A stretch of 36,712 nt of DNA from an uncultured Prevotella sp. GTDB lineage: Bacteria; Bacteroidota; Bacteroidia; Bacteroidales; Bacteroidaceae. Below, piece after piece: positions 17,843 through 27,038 of the stretch (position 1 is the first letter of the stretch; every line of letters begins with the position of its first letter). Made by a program: the position numbers and the translations under genes. The notes beneath the pieces were generated by a model. The model worked only from the letters and a program-made list of their open reading frames with translations. It ran no database searches and was not told the origin of the DNA. Location: assembly GCA_937880835.1 (NCBI GenBank), contig CALGRN010000189.1, positions 1 through 36,712 on the forward strand. The letters run 5' to 3'.

Positions 17843-18718
17843 ATGAGCTTACAATGGATAAAACTTTCCACGAACATTTTCGACAACAGGAAGATAAAGC
17901 AGATAGAACACGTGCCGGATTCAGATTCAATACTCGTAATATGGTTTAAGATTTTATGTCTGGCAGGGAGCCTTAACGAAAGTGGTTTGCTTCTCATAAC
18001 AAAGGATCTTCCTTACACGGACGAAATGCTTGCGAACGAATTTAACAGACCGGTCAACACTATAAGAATGGCGTTAAGCCTATTTGAAAAGTTCGGAATG
18101 ATTGAAATCGTTGACGATGTTATGAGTGTAAGCAACTGGGAGAAGTACCAGAGCGAAGATAAATTAGCGGAAATAAGAGAGAAAAACAGGCAGCGGCAGG
18201 CAAGATTTAGGGCAAAGGAAAAACAGAAAGCATTACCTGCTTCCGAAGATAGCGTTACGGCAACGTTACCAGTAACGTTAGGTAACGCTGTAGAAGAAGA
18301 TAAAGAAATAGATATAGATATAGATATAGATAAAGAGAAAGAAAAAAATAAAAAAAAGAAAGAGAAAGAGGCGGTTGACTATCAGCGGATAGTCATGATG
18401 TATAACGAAACTTGCGTTTCGTTCCCTAAGCTCCGGACATTATCAGAGAGCAGGAAAAAAGCAATTAAGGCAAGGCTGCACAGTGGTTACACGTATGAGA
18501 ACTTTGAAACACTGTTCAGAAAAGCCGAAGAAAGCAGCTTCCTGAAGGGTGCAAATAACAGAAACTGGAGTGCAACATTTGACTGGCTGATAAAAGACAG
18601 CAGTATGGCAAAAGTTCTTGAAGGAAACTACGACAACAAAAAAGTTGCAACTACTGGAAATACTGCCTTTCAGGGCGGACGGTCATTAAAAAGGCTGCAA
18701 GAAATGGGGGAGGTTTAG
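17843..18718 (+). CDS. Phage replisome organizer / replication initiator
   Basis: WIKLSTNIFDNRKIK.I..IWFKILCLAG..NWEKYQ, low-complexity linker, C-terminal W.ATFDWLI..KVLEGNY. Confidence 0.9.
   Translation: MSLQWIKLSTNIFDNRKIKQIEHVPDSDSILVIWFKILCLAGSLNESGLLLITKDLPYTDEMLANEFNRPVNTIRMALSLFEKFGMIEIVDDVMSVSNWEKYQSEDKLAEIREKNRQRQARFRAKEKQKALPASEDSVTATLPVTLGNAVEEDKEIDIDIDIDKEKEKNKKKKEKEAVDYQRIVMMYNETCVSFPKLRTLSESRKKAIKARLHSGYTYENFETLFRKAEESSFLKGANNRNWSATFDWLIKDSSMAKVLEGNYDNKKVATTGNTAFQGGRSLKRLQEMGEV
18253..18370. other. Putative replication origin (CGTTAC/GTAACG iterons plus A/T-rich tract) within the initiator gene
   Basis: CGTTAC, AACGTTAC, GTAACGTTA and GTAACG at 18253-18287, then (GATATA)3 and a poly-A/purine run. 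Confidence 0.6.
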
Positions 18719-18723
18719 AAGTC

Positions 18724-19281
18724 ATGAATGCGGTGGAAACGACAAAGATTTTTGCAGTTCTTGAGGCTGTTTATCCGGAGTTCGGGAGGAAGCTGTCAGA
18801 TGACGAATACGATGGGATTCTGGCTCTATGGGGCGAGCTGTTCAGTGAGCCGTATGAGGTTGTAAGTAATGCGGTAAAGGCGTTTATAGCGACAGATCAG
18901 AGAGGTTTTGCCCCGAAGCCCGGACAGATAAAAGCAGAGATAAGAAAGCTGTATGCCGAAGACAAAATGACGGAGGCAGAGGCTGTAAACATGGTAATGT
19001 GTGCTGTTCGCAATTCAGCGTATAACTCAGCGGAGGAGTACAAGAAACTGCCCCGAGAGCTTCAAAGGCTTGTAGGCAGTCCGATGCAGCTTAGAGAATG
19101 GGCGCTATCGGACCAGCAGGCTATCAACACGGTAGTGTCAAGCAACCTGCAGCGAGCCTACGGGAAAATAGCAGAGCGACAGGCGGAACTTGAAGCATTG
19201 CCGGAGAATATTAAGCAGCACATGAGACTCGCAGCTACGAGCAGCATGTTTTTAATAGACGGAGGAAGCACGGGCTTATAG
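18724..19281 (+). CDS. G39P-like helicase loader/inhibitor
   Basis: ET.KI.AVL.A.YP..LW..F..YEVV..AVKAFIATD..GFAP..GQI. Follows the initiator. Confidence 0.75.
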   Translation: MNAVETTKIFAVLEAVYPEFGRKLSDDEYDGILALWGELFSEPYEVVSNAVKAFIATDQRGFAPKPGQIKAEIRKLYAEDKMTEAEAVNMVMCAVRNSAYNSAEEYKKLPRELQRLVGSPMQLREWALSDQQAINTVVSSNLQRAYGKIAERQAELEALPENIKQHMRLAATSSMFLIDGGSTGL

Positions 19282-19294
19282 ATTAGGAGGGCTG

Positions 19295-19603
19295 ATGAAG
19301 ATATACATTGCAGGAAAAATAGGCGGACTAAAGCCGTATGTAGTTGATTTCAAATTCGGATATGCGAAGACAAGACTGAAAGAGGAAGGGCATGATGTTA
19401 TAAGTCCGACGGAACTATGTAAGTGCCTTAACTGTGGCAGATTTGACTATGAGGATTACATGAAAATATGTTTTGCAGCAATAGATGTGTGCGAGGCGGT
19501 GTATATGCTGCAGGATTGGAAAGATTCACCGGGAGCATTGAGGGAGCATGAATATGCGAAGAAGTTAGGAAAGGAAGTCATGTATGAAGAGCGAGAGAGC
19601 TAA
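19295..19603 (+). CDS. DUF4406 / nucleoside deoxyribosyltransferase-like protein
   Basis: MKIYIAGKI.G..YEDYM..C..ID.C.A.YML.DW..S.GA..EH.YA. Confidence 0.85.
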   Translation: MKIYIAGKIGGLKPYVVDFKFGYAKTRLKEEGHDVISPTELCKCLNCGRFDYEDYMKICFAAIDVCEAVYMLQDWKDSPGALREHEYAKKLGKEVMYEERES

Positions 19604-19904
19604 AGCTACTGACATAAGCCAGAAAGTAAAACAGGAAGTATGGGAAAGAGACGGACACAGGTGCGTTATATGCGGAAGCCCGGTAGCAATGCCGAACGCG
19701 CACTACATTCCGAGAAGTCAGGGCGGACTTGGTATTCCTGAGAACGTAGTAACCTTATGCACTATGAACGGCTGCCATCATAAATTTGATTTTGGAAGCA
19801 AAGAAGAAAGCGAAGAGATAGGCGAAAAGATAAAAGAGTACCTGATGAACATATATCCGGACTGGAAAGAAGAGGATCTTGTTTATAAAAAATACGATTT
19901 TTAG
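19584..19904 (+). CDS. HNH endonuclease
   Basis: RDGHRCVICG..AHYIPRSQGG...ENVVTLC...CH. Confidence 0.85.
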   Translation: MKSERAKATDISQKVKQEVWERDGHRCVICGSPVAMPNAHYIPRSQGGLGIPENVVTLCTMNGCHHKFDFGSKEESEEIGEKIKEYLMNIYPDWKEEDLVYKKYDF

Positions 19905-19913
19905 GAGGGAGCG

Positions 19914-20114
19914 ATGATTTTTCTAATAGTTGTTAATGTAATTCTGCTGACATTAGTGTTTCTGGTAATCAAGGCGCTGCAGGGAACGGCTATCTGCATG
20001 GACAGCGCATGTGATTACGGTAAAAAGATATGCTGCATGCAGTGCAGGAAGCGGCGCACGTGCAGCATAGTATGCGAGTACAAGGGAAAATGTGATTGGA
20101 GGCAACGCCAATGA
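19914..20114 (+). CDS. Small membrane-anchored Cys-rich protein
   Basis: TM helix followed by 8 Cys. SD AGGAGGG. Confidence 0.6.
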   Translation: MIFLIVVNVILLTLVFLVIKALQGTAICMDSACDYGKKICCMQCRKRRTCSIVCEYKGKCDWRQRQ

Positions 20115-20362
20115 GAGACATCGAAAAAGAGATAATCAGTCCTTCAAGCACAGAGTGGAAAGAGATAGTTGAAGCAGTTAAAGAAAAATATAAAGACACG
20201 AGCAAAGGCAGATTCATTCAAATGAAATACGAGCAAAGGATGAACATGATACCTATTTGCATGGAGCTGTATATAAGCCAGTCCACATTTTACACATGGA
20301 GGAATGAAATCATAAACGAAATAGAGAAAAGAGCAGCTTATGAACAACTGATAGAACCGTAG
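20111..20362 (+). CDS. RinA/ArpU-like late transcriptional activator
   Basis: FIQMKY..ICMELYISQSTFYTWRNEII sigma4-like HTH. ATGA overlap with the upstream gene. Confidence 0.65.
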   Translation: MRDIEKEIISPSSTEWKEIVEAVKEKYKDTSKGRFIQMKYEQRMNMIPICMELYISQSTFYTWRNEIINEIEKRAAYEQLIEP

Positions 20363-20370
20363 GGGGGAAC

Positions 20371-20655
20371 ATGAAAATCAAATTAGACGAAAGCCATTAT
20401 CTGAACAGTGACAGATACTGTTACTGGATAACATGCGAGGTAACTATAACAACAGGAAACCGGAAAGGGCACAAGCAGGAAAGACGGGTAAGCGGATATT
20501 CATCGACATTCGGGCAAGCAGTAGAAAGCTACATAGAGGAGAAGGTCGGAGGCAGTACAGCAAGAAAGTTCAAGCAGCTGAAAGAAGAAATTAACGCATT
20601 AAAAGAACAAGTAAAAGAATGGGGGCTGAAAGATGAAGTGGAAACCAACAAGTGA
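20371..20655 (+). CDS. Hypothetical phage protein
   Basis: 94-aa ORF, tightly packed with its neighbours. Confidence 0.7.
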   Translation: MKIKLDESHYLNSDRYCYWITCEVTITTGNRKGHKQERRVSGYSSTFGQAVESYIEEKVGGSTARKFKQLKEEINALKEQVKEWGLKDEVETNK

Positions 20656-20827
20656 AGAGTTGCCGGTAAGAGGCAAAAGAGTAATCGTATGCACAGAGTC
20701 AGGTTTTGTGTGCGAGGCGTTCATAACGGAAAAGGGAAAATGGTTCAGGCATGGGTGCGAGGACACAGGAATACTTGCGCATAAAGTGATTGCATGGCAG
20801 GAGTTCCCGGAAAGGTACAGGGCATGA
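20633..20827 (+). CDS. DUF551-like protein
   Basis: MKWKP.SEELP..VIV..VIAWQEFPE.Y. Confidence 0.75.
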   Translation: MKWKPTSEELPVRGKRVIVCTESGFVCEAFITEKGKWFRHGCEDTGILAHKVIAWQEFPERYRA

Positions 20828-21057
20828 GAACTACATACTGGTGCTGCATTAACTGCAAGCCACCTAAGAGACATCCGGGCTGCCAGAGCGAAAAATGCAG
20901 GGATTGGTTAGAAACACATCGGCAAGTTGAAGCGGAGAAAGATAAGATCCGAAAAGCAAAGGAAGCTGAACGAATAGCAACGGGCGCACAGATTGAAAGC
21001 ATAGAGAGAAGGAGAAAAAGAATGCGAAAAAGCTCACGATTGCCGCGAAGACTGTGA
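20824..21057 (+). CDS. Hypothetical Cys-containing basic protein
   Basis: CC.NC.PPKRHPGC...C. ATGA overlap with the upstream gene. Confidence 0.6.
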   Translation: MRTTYWCCINCKPPKRHPGCQSEKCRDWLETHRQVEAEKDKIRKAKEAERIATGAQIESIERRRKRMRKSSRLPRRL

Positions 21058-21122
21058 CAAGAGAAAGTATTTTGAAGAGGGTATGCGTTATTTATTAACT
21101 ATAGTATGGGAGGAATAAGAGA

Positions 21123-21383
21123 ATGATAGACAGGTTGATAAAGAGGCAGGGATATTCTAAGAAAAAAATCAACGGCTATAGGGGGAACAGTGTCCTCTAT
21201 AGCCGAGATGAAAAGACTGTAGTTATAACACGGGACATAAACGGTGAAGTTAATTTGACAGTTTGCAGGATCATAAAGTCAATTACAGGACATGAACAAA
21301 CAAGAATTGCCAATCTCACGTATAAAGAGACGCTACTGTTTTTACTGAAAATGCGAGAAATGCGAGGAAAGCTATGGACGTAA
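21123..21383 (+). CDS. Hypothetical protein
   Basis: 86 aa with SD GGGAGG. Confidence 0.6.
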   Translation: MIDRLIKRQGYSKKKINGYRGNSVLYSRDEKTVVITRDINGEVNLTVCRIIKSITGHEQTRIANLTYKETLLFLLKMREMRGKLWT

Positions 21384-21550
21384 AAAAATCGGTTAAGCAA
21401 GTACAGAAAAATCCGCATATATACTGCAGCAATACATGCACATATTCAGAGTATTGCCCTAAGCACATGAGCAGGATTACGTATCCGGACAATGAATACC
21501 TGTTAGCGTTAATGAAGGACACGCCATATTGTTTATGTGAAGAGGAATAA
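21374..21550 (+). CDS. Hypothetical 58-aa Cys-rich protein (not in the ORF track)
   Basis: MDVKKSVKQVQKNPHIYCSNTCTYSEYCPKH..YCLCEEE. SD GAGG. Confidence 0.55.
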   Translation: MDVKKSVKQVQKNPHIYCSNTCTYSEYCPKHMSRITYPDNEYLLALMKDTPYCLCEEE

Positions 21551-21554
21551 AGCA

Positions 21555-21809
21555 GTGCGGTTAATAGATGCGGACGTATTAAAAAATCATTATTCATGGT
21601 GGAATGATGAAAACAAGAGATTGTTTGACGAGATAATAGACCTGCAGCCGGAAGTCACAGATGAAGCGGAAATTATGAAGCGGCTATGTGCAGCAGAAGA
21701 GGAGTGCGAGGAAAAACTTGCACACATAGACAAAGGCATTGAAGGTGCAGCATGTAAAGCATATTGGGAAGGCTTCAAACAAGCAATACTGTATTTGAAA
21801 GGAAGGTAG
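21555..21809 (+). CDS. Hypothetical phage protein (RLIDAD type)
   Basis: GTG-RLIDAD.L..IIDLQP motif. Confidence 0.65.
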   Translation: MRLIDADVLKNHYSWWNDENKRLFDEIIDLQPEVTDEAEIMKRLCAAEEECEEKLAHIDKGIEGAACKAYWEGFKQAILYLKGR

Positions 21810-21812
21810 CTA

Positions 21813-21953
21813 ATGAAGACGACATTAACAGAGTTCCAGAGGTATAAGAGGCTGATGAAGCGGCTCGAACATAAGCTGCAGAAACAGAAAGGTTTAATAG
21901 GAACATACAAGGACTGGAAGAAAGTAATAGAAGATTCAGATAATGAAAGATAG
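21813..21953 (+). CDS. Hypothetical 46-aa protein
   Basis: ATG after GGAAGGT. Fills the gap between neighbouring genes. Confidence 0.45.
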   Translation: MKTTLTEFQRYKRLMKRLEHKLQKQKGLIGTYKDWKKVIEDSDNER

Positions 21954-21961
21954 GAGGAAAA

Positions 21962-22222
21962 ATGGAAGCGTACAAAGAAAGAATGGTAAATGAGTACAAT
22001 CAGTTAAAGGAAAGGCACAGAAAGCTCCACAAGATGTTAATTAAATATGAGGCAGGCACGCTGACTTTCAAACCGAACTGCTCGTATGATTTACTGAAAG
22101 AGCAGAGTTATCATATGGGTAATTATCTGAGAATACTCGAAGTCAGGGCAGAAATAGAAGGGATAGAACTTGATGCACGTGTTGAAGTGGACGCAGGCCA
22201 TACTACAATAATTGGTTTATAA
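21962..22222 (+). CDS. crAss001_48-like small phage protein
   Basis: YKERM..EY.QLKER..KL..C..DLL..Q...M..YL.ILE.RA.IEGI.L. Confidence 0.75.
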   Translation: MEAYKERMVNEYNQLKERHRKLHKMLIKYEAGTLTFKPNCSYDLLKEQSYHMGNYLRILEVRAEIEGIELDARVEVDAGHTTIIGL

Positions 22223-22361
22223 ACACACCGGTAAATAAGAAAGGAGGTTTCCTTGCTATATGTTGTGGTAAAGGTGTGTTTACAATAAATAAATTAAAGT
22301 AATGTGAACAAATGAAAGGAGGTTCCCCTTCCAGAAGATCTCTTAAAATTATATAGTTTGT

Positions 22362-22396
22362 CATTAAAAGCCCTGAGAAATCGGGGCTTTTTAATG
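22362..22396 (+). terminator. Intrinsic (possibly bidirectional) terminator ending the early operon
   Basis: CATTAAAAGCCCTGA-GAAA-TCGGGGCTTTTTAATG. Confidence 0.85.
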
Positions 22397-22398
22397 CG

Positions 22399-22434
22399 CA
22401 GATGAAGCGGTTTTTTATTACTCAGATGAAGCGG
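22399..22434 (+). repeat. Intergenic direct repeat CAGATGAAGCGG x2 (Chi-like)
   Basis: Copies at 22399-22410 and 22423-22434. Confidence 0.85.
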
Positions 22435-22442
22435 CGAAAAAA

Positions 22443-22479
22443 ATTACAGGAATTTTAGGGCAAGGTTTTGTGCTATTTT
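22443..22479 (+). promoter_or_regulatory. Putative late promoter for terS
   Basis: ATTACAGGAATTTT, 17 nt, TATTTT preceded by TGc. Confidence 0.75.
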
Positions 22480-22497
22480 GCATACAGGAGGGTTCAC

Positions 22498-22947
22498 ATG
22501 GCAGCAAAACTTACGGCAAAACAAGAAGAATTTGTGCAAAATTTAATAAATGGGGCAAGTCAGAGAGAAGCCTATAAAAAAGCCTATAATTGCGTAAACG
22601 CTAAAGATTCAACAATAGATTCAAAAGCAAGCAATTTATTCAAGCAGGAAAAGGTACGGGCAAGGTTTGAGGAAATACAGGCGCGCATGAGAGAAAGACA
22701 GGAAACTAAAACAATAATGACTGCAGAGGAACGGATGGAGTGGCTCAGCAAGGTTGTTCATGGTGAAATTCTGGAGGAGGTTGTTGAAGTAGATAAAGAT
22801 ACGGGGCTATGCGTGAAGATTGAAAAACCGTCGAAGATAGACACACGGCTGAAAGCACTCGATACCTTGAACAAAATGGATGGCAATTACAAGACGAACA
22901 TTGAAGGCTCAATAGACATTAACAAGAAACTGGAAGATCTGATATGA
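22498..22947 (+). CDS. terS: Terminase small subunit
   Basis: KLTAKQEEFVQ..G.SQREAYKKAY..AS.L..V..R..E, and RLKALDTLNKM. SD AGGAGG. Confidence 0.9.
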   Translation: MAAKLTAKQEEFVQNLINGASQREAYKKAYNCVNAKDSTIDSKASNLFKQEKVRARFEEIQARMRERQETKTIMTAEERMEWLSKVVHGEILEEVVEVDKDTGLCVKIEKPSKIDTRLKALDTLNKMDGNYKTNIEGSIDINKKLEDLI

Positions 22948-24725
22948 AGTACACAGCAGACTACTTAATAAACAAGCGTAGGGAAAAATGGAGTAGTTTG
23001 CAGGACATGGACAAAGACAAAGAATTAAGGGAAGCTATTGCAACAGAGATAGTAAACAATGCGGAACTGAGAGAGGAAATAATAACATTTCCTGAAAAAC
23101 TCATAGAGCTTGTTTTTGTAGTAGTAGACAAGGAACAGCAGACACTTCCATTTTTTCTGAATGAAGTACAGAGAGATTTCATAAATACGCTTAATAGGGC
23201 AAAAGAAGAGTACGAGAAAGGGACAAGGACAGATATATCATTGTTAGTTCTGAAAGGCAGGCAGCAGGGTTTTACGACGCTAATAACAGCATATCAGCTC
23301 GCGTGCTCAATCCTTAACCGGAACTTTCAAGGATTTACGCTTGCGGACAACAGCGACAATTCAGAGTCAATATTTCAGAACAAGGCGAAATTTCCGCATA
23401 GTATGCTGCCGGAGAAACTGAAACCTACAGAGAAATTCAACAACAGAAAGCAGTTGCTTTTCAAAAATATCAACAGCAGTTGGACGGTTGACACGGCAAC
23501 AAAGGACGTAGGACGTTCGCGAACTGTAAACTTCTTTCACGGTTCAGAATGTGCCTTCTGGAAGGATGGTATAGCTCCGATACAGGCGGCACTTGGTAAT
23601 GCGTTTACGAAGAACTGTATAAAGATATATGAGTCTACAGCAAACGGCTACAACGACTATGAAACTATGTGGAGTAGTGGGGTGCATATTAACTGCTTCT
23701 ATGAATGGTGGAGAACGCCGGAGTATACTCTGACGTTCCCACCAGGGGTAAAGAAAGACTTTGAAAACAATATAGATACAAAACCCGATTGGATTTGGCA
23801 ACGCCTGAAATGGCTCAGAGACGATATAAAACTTAAACCAACACAGCTTTATTGGTATTACAAAAAATACGAAGAAGCTATAGACAAAAGGCTTATAAAG
23901 CAGGAATATCCCTGCAATCCGCAGGAGGCGTTTCTGTTGTCCGGTCAGACAGTATTTGATACAGAAGCACTGCTTTCACGGCTCAATAGAATACCGAAAC
24001 CTATTAAGACCGGTTATTTTGTCTATGATTATGACGGAATGAGAATAAGCAATATCCGGTGGAAGAATGACAGGAACGGATACATAAAGCTGTATGCACC
24101 TATAGACAGCCCTGCAGTCACAAAATACTGCATCGGCGGAGACACGGCAGGAGAAGGCAGCGATAGCTTCACAGGGCATGTTCTGGACGCAAGGACAGGC
24201 ATACAGGTTGCAACACTTGAACAGCAGTTCGATCCAGATCAGTACACAAAACAGATGTATTGTCTGGGTAAATATTTCAAGGATGCGCTCATAGGTATAG
24301 AGGCGAACTTTGATACGTTCCCGATTATGGAACTGCAAAGACTCGGGTACACGAACCAGTATGTAAGAATAACGCCTGACGTATATACAGGAAAACCTAA
24401 AAAGAGTTTTGGATTCAGAACTACATCAATTACAAGACCGACGATTATATCACGGTTAATAGAGATAGTTAGGGAAGAGGTTGACAGCATTAACGACGAA
24501 AACACCATTAGAGAACTTCTGACGATAATAAAAAACGAGAAGGGGCGCATTGAAGCACCGGAGGGCGGACATGACGACCATATGATGGGACTTGCGATAG
24601 CGCATGAAGTTAGGCTGCAGGTTGCATTTGACAAAGATGAAATTAAGGGAGATATGACATATCGGTTTAATTTTGAAGAGAAAGAGGAACATTTTGATTA
24701 TGGCGAAACCATAACAGTTGTATAA
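22944..24725 (+). CDS. terL: Terminase large subunit
   Basis: Walker A LKGRQQGFTT, Walker B FFHGSE, motif III ESTANG, and nuclease motifs IGGDTAG..HDDHMM. Confidence 0.95.
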   Translation: MKYTADYLINKRREKWSSLQDMDKDKELREAIATEIVNNAELREEIITFPEKLIELVFVVVDKEQQTLPFFLNEVQRDFINTLNRAKEEYEKGTRTDISLLVLKGRQQGFTTLITAYQLACSILNRNFQGFTLADNSDNSESIFQNKAKFPHSMLPEKLKPTEKFNNRKQLLFKNINSSWTVDTATKDVGRSRTVNFFHGSECAFWKDGIAPIQAALGNAFTKNCIKIYESTANGYNDYETMWSSGVHINCFYEWWRTPEYTLTFPPGVKKDFENNIDTKPDWIWQRLKWLRDDIKLKPTQLYWYYKKYEEAIDKRLIKQEYPCNPQEAFLLSGQTVFDTEALLSRLNRIPKPIKTGYFVYDYDGMRISNIRWKNDRNGYIKLYAPIDSPAVTKYCIGGDTAGEGSDSFTGHVLDARTGIQVATLEQQFDPDQYTKQMYCLGKYFKDALIGIEANFDTFPIMELQRLGYTNQYVRITPDVYTGKPKKSFGFRTTSITRPTIISRLIEIVREEVDSINDENTIRELLTIIKNEKGRIEAPEGGHDDHMMGLAIAHEVRLQVAFDKDEIKGDMTYRFNFEEKEEHFDYGETITVV

Positions 24726-24739
24726 GAAAGGAGTATTTT

Positions 24740-24985
24740 ATGACAAAGCATGAAGAAAAGCTGTTGAGGCTATGGAAAGTAAGGCAGACACAGGAAGGTT
24801 ACGACGTTCACGACGTTAAAACACTGGAAGAGGCAGAGCGCTTCTTTGATGAGAAGGAACCGGAAACAGTTAGTTTTGAGGACATGACAAAGGCGGAGCT
24901 TGTCGATGTTGCAGAAGGTTTAGGCGTGAAGGTTAGCGCGACCATGAAAAAGTCAGAAATTGTAGAGCTGATTGAGGGCAGATAA
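24740..24985 (+). CDS. Small protein with HeH/Rho-N-like C-terminal domain
   Basis: MTKAELVDVAEGLGV....MKKSEIVELI. Confidence 0.7.
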   Translation: MTKHEEKLLRLWKVRQTQEGYDVHDVKTLEEAERFFDEKEPETVSFEDMTKAELVDVAEGLGVKVSATMKKSEIVELIEGR

Positions 24986-25240
24986 ATGGAAAATATAATC
25001 TTAATTGCAGCAGTGGGGTTAATGAACATTGTGTGTTTTTTTATCGGTGCGAAGATAGGGCAGAAGGTAACACAGGGCGTTGAAATAAAGATGCCGAACC
25101 CGATAAAGACCGTCAAGGAAGAAATAAGAGACTACAAGGAAACAAGAGAACAGGAAGAATGGCAGGAGACGTTTGAAACAAACGCCTATAACATTGACGT
25201 GTACGACGGTACCGGAATAGGACAAAAGGATTTTGATTAA
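24986..25240 (+). CDS. Small membrane protein between terL and portal
   Basis: N-terminal TM helix and NID.YDGT..GQKD motif. Confidence 0.7.
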   Translation: MENIILIAAVGLMNIVCFFIGAKIGQKVTQGVEIKMPNPIKTVKEEIRDYKETREQEEWQETFETNAYNIDVYDGTGIGQKDFD

Positions 25241-25255
25241 AGGCAGGTGAAACGA

Positions 25256-27037
25256 ATGGATTTACAGGAAATCAAAGAAACGGACATATGGACGCTATAT
25301 GACAAGAGCGTAGCATACTGCCGACTTATCGGAATGTATAACGATACTGACGTAAATTATCGTATGTACAACGGCGATCAGTGGTACGGGCTGAAAGTCA
25401 GAGGCGTTGAAAAAGTGCAGTACAACTTCATAAAACCTATAGTGCGATACAAGACCGGAATAGTATTAAGCAATCTGTATGCTATCAATTATTCCAGTGA
25501 GAACTTTGAAAACAAAGAGTTCAGGCAATATGCAGAAAAAATCTGCAAACTTCTCAACAAAAAGGCTGCTAAGGTATGGGAAGCTGATTATATGGACTTG
25601 AAGCTCAGACTCATAGTTAAGGACGCGGCTATTAACGATGAAGGCATAATGTACGTTAATTTCTCAGACGAAGCGAAACAGCCGGTTAATGAAGTTCTTA
25701 GCAAGAATGATATATATTACGGAAACGAAAACGATGAAGACCTGCAGGCGCAGCCTTATTTGCTTGTCAAACAGCGCAAACCGGTATCAGAAGTTCAAGA
25801 ATACGCGAGGAATAAGGGAGTTGCAGAAGATGAGATAGACCATATCATAGGTGATCTGGAAAACATTGAAGAGTCCGGAGAGAGTGCAAAGTATGAAAAG
25901 GACAACATGGTCACGCTTGTAACTAAGATGTACAAGAAGAAGGGTACAGTTCACTTTGCGCAGGCGACACGATATGTAGAGATTAGTAAAGAAAAAGACA
26001 CCGGGCTGAAATATTATCCGGTAGCCCACATGACATGGGAAGAAAAGAAAGGCAGCGCAAGGGGCGAGGGAGAGGTAAGACAGCTTATCCCTAATCAGCT
26101 TGAAACCAACAAGACAGCGATGCGCAGGGCGTTGACGGTCAAAAATACTGCATATCCTCAGAAGATTGTCAATGTAGATAAAATCGCAAATCCGAGCGCA
26201 TTAAATGAAGTCGGCGGCACTATCAGAACAAAGGGCGGAATGTCGGTTGATGACGTTTCAAAGGTGTTTTCACACGTACAGCCTACACAGATGAGTGCGG
26301 ACGTAGAGAAACTGCAGCAGGAACTTATATCAAGCACAAGAGAGCTTGCAGGCGCAGGAGACATAGCTACAGGTCAGGTCAATCCTGAAAGTGCGTCAGG
26401 GCGTGCGATACTGGCGGTGCAGCAGGCGGCACAGCAGCCTTTAACAGAACACCTGCAGTATGCTAAAGCGTTTTGCGAGGATTTAGCGCGAATATGGCTC
26501 GACATGATAACCGTATACAACGACAGCATAGAGCTTGAGGATGAGGTTGAAGATCCGCAAACCGGAGAAATGACAACAGAGGTTATCGAAGTACAGAAAA
26601 CATCACTGCAAGAGTTGCAGGCTTCCGTAAAAGTGGATATAACGCCGAAGGGCGCATTTGACAAATACGCTCAGGAGATGAGCATGGAAAACCTGCTGAC
26701 AAAAGGTTTATTTAGCTCGCAGCGTATGCCGGAAGTAAAGTTGTGGGTACAGACGCTTGATGACGACTCAGTAATGCCAAAACAGAAAATACTCGACATC
26801 ATAAAGAAGTGGGACGATGAACAGCAAAAAATAGCGTTAATGAACGCACAGGCGCAGCAGATGAAAGCGCGAGCAAGTCAGTTCCTTAACGGCGACGCGG
26901 ACGCACAGGCGCAGCAGATGGCAGATGCACAGGCAGGCGGCGAAGTGCCAGAAGAAGAGATGCCGGAGGAAGAAATGCCAGAAGAAGAATACGAAGACGA
27001 TGAAGGCGATACATTTGACATTGTAGAAGAAGAGTAA
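25256..27037 (+). CDS. Portal protein (P22-like) with acidic C-terminal tail
   Basis: Y.GDQW..NFIKPIV..K, G.GEV..LIPNQ..N, and ASGRAI..Q motifs. Size and position fit a portal. Confidence 0.9.
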   Translation: MDLQEIKETDIWTLYDKSVAYCRLIGMYNDTDVNYRMYNGDQWYGLKVRGVEKVQYNFIKPIVRYKTGIVLSNLYAINYSSENFENKEFRQYAEKICKLLNKKAAKVWEADYMDLKLRLIVKDAAINDEGIMYVNFSDEAKQPVNEVLSKNDIYYGNENDEDLQAQPYLLVKQRKPVSEVQEYARNKGVAEDEIDHIIGDLENIEESGESAKYEKDNMVTLVTKMYKKKGTVHFAQATRYVEISKEKDTGLKYYPVAHMTWEEKKGSARGEGEVRQLIPNQLETNKTAMRRALTVKNTAYPQKIVNVDKIANPSALNEVGGTIRTKGGMSVDDVSKVFSHVQPTQMSADVEKLQQELISSTRELAGAGDIATGQVNPESASGRAILAVQQAAQQPLTEHLQYAKAFCEDLARIWLDMITVYNDSIELEDEVEDPQTGEMTTEVIEVQKTSLQELQASVKVDITPKGAFDKYAQEMSMENLLTKGLFSSQRMPEVKLWVQTLDDDSVMPKQKILDIIKKWDDEQQKIALMNAQAQQMKARASQFLNGDADAQAQQMADAQAGGEVPEEEMPEEEMPEEEYEDDEGDTFDIVEEE

Positions 27038-27038
27038 A

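Noticed and set aside
21962..22222. crAss-like phage affiliation
   Set aside because: This small family is widespread, and genome size and gene content are unlike Crassvirales.
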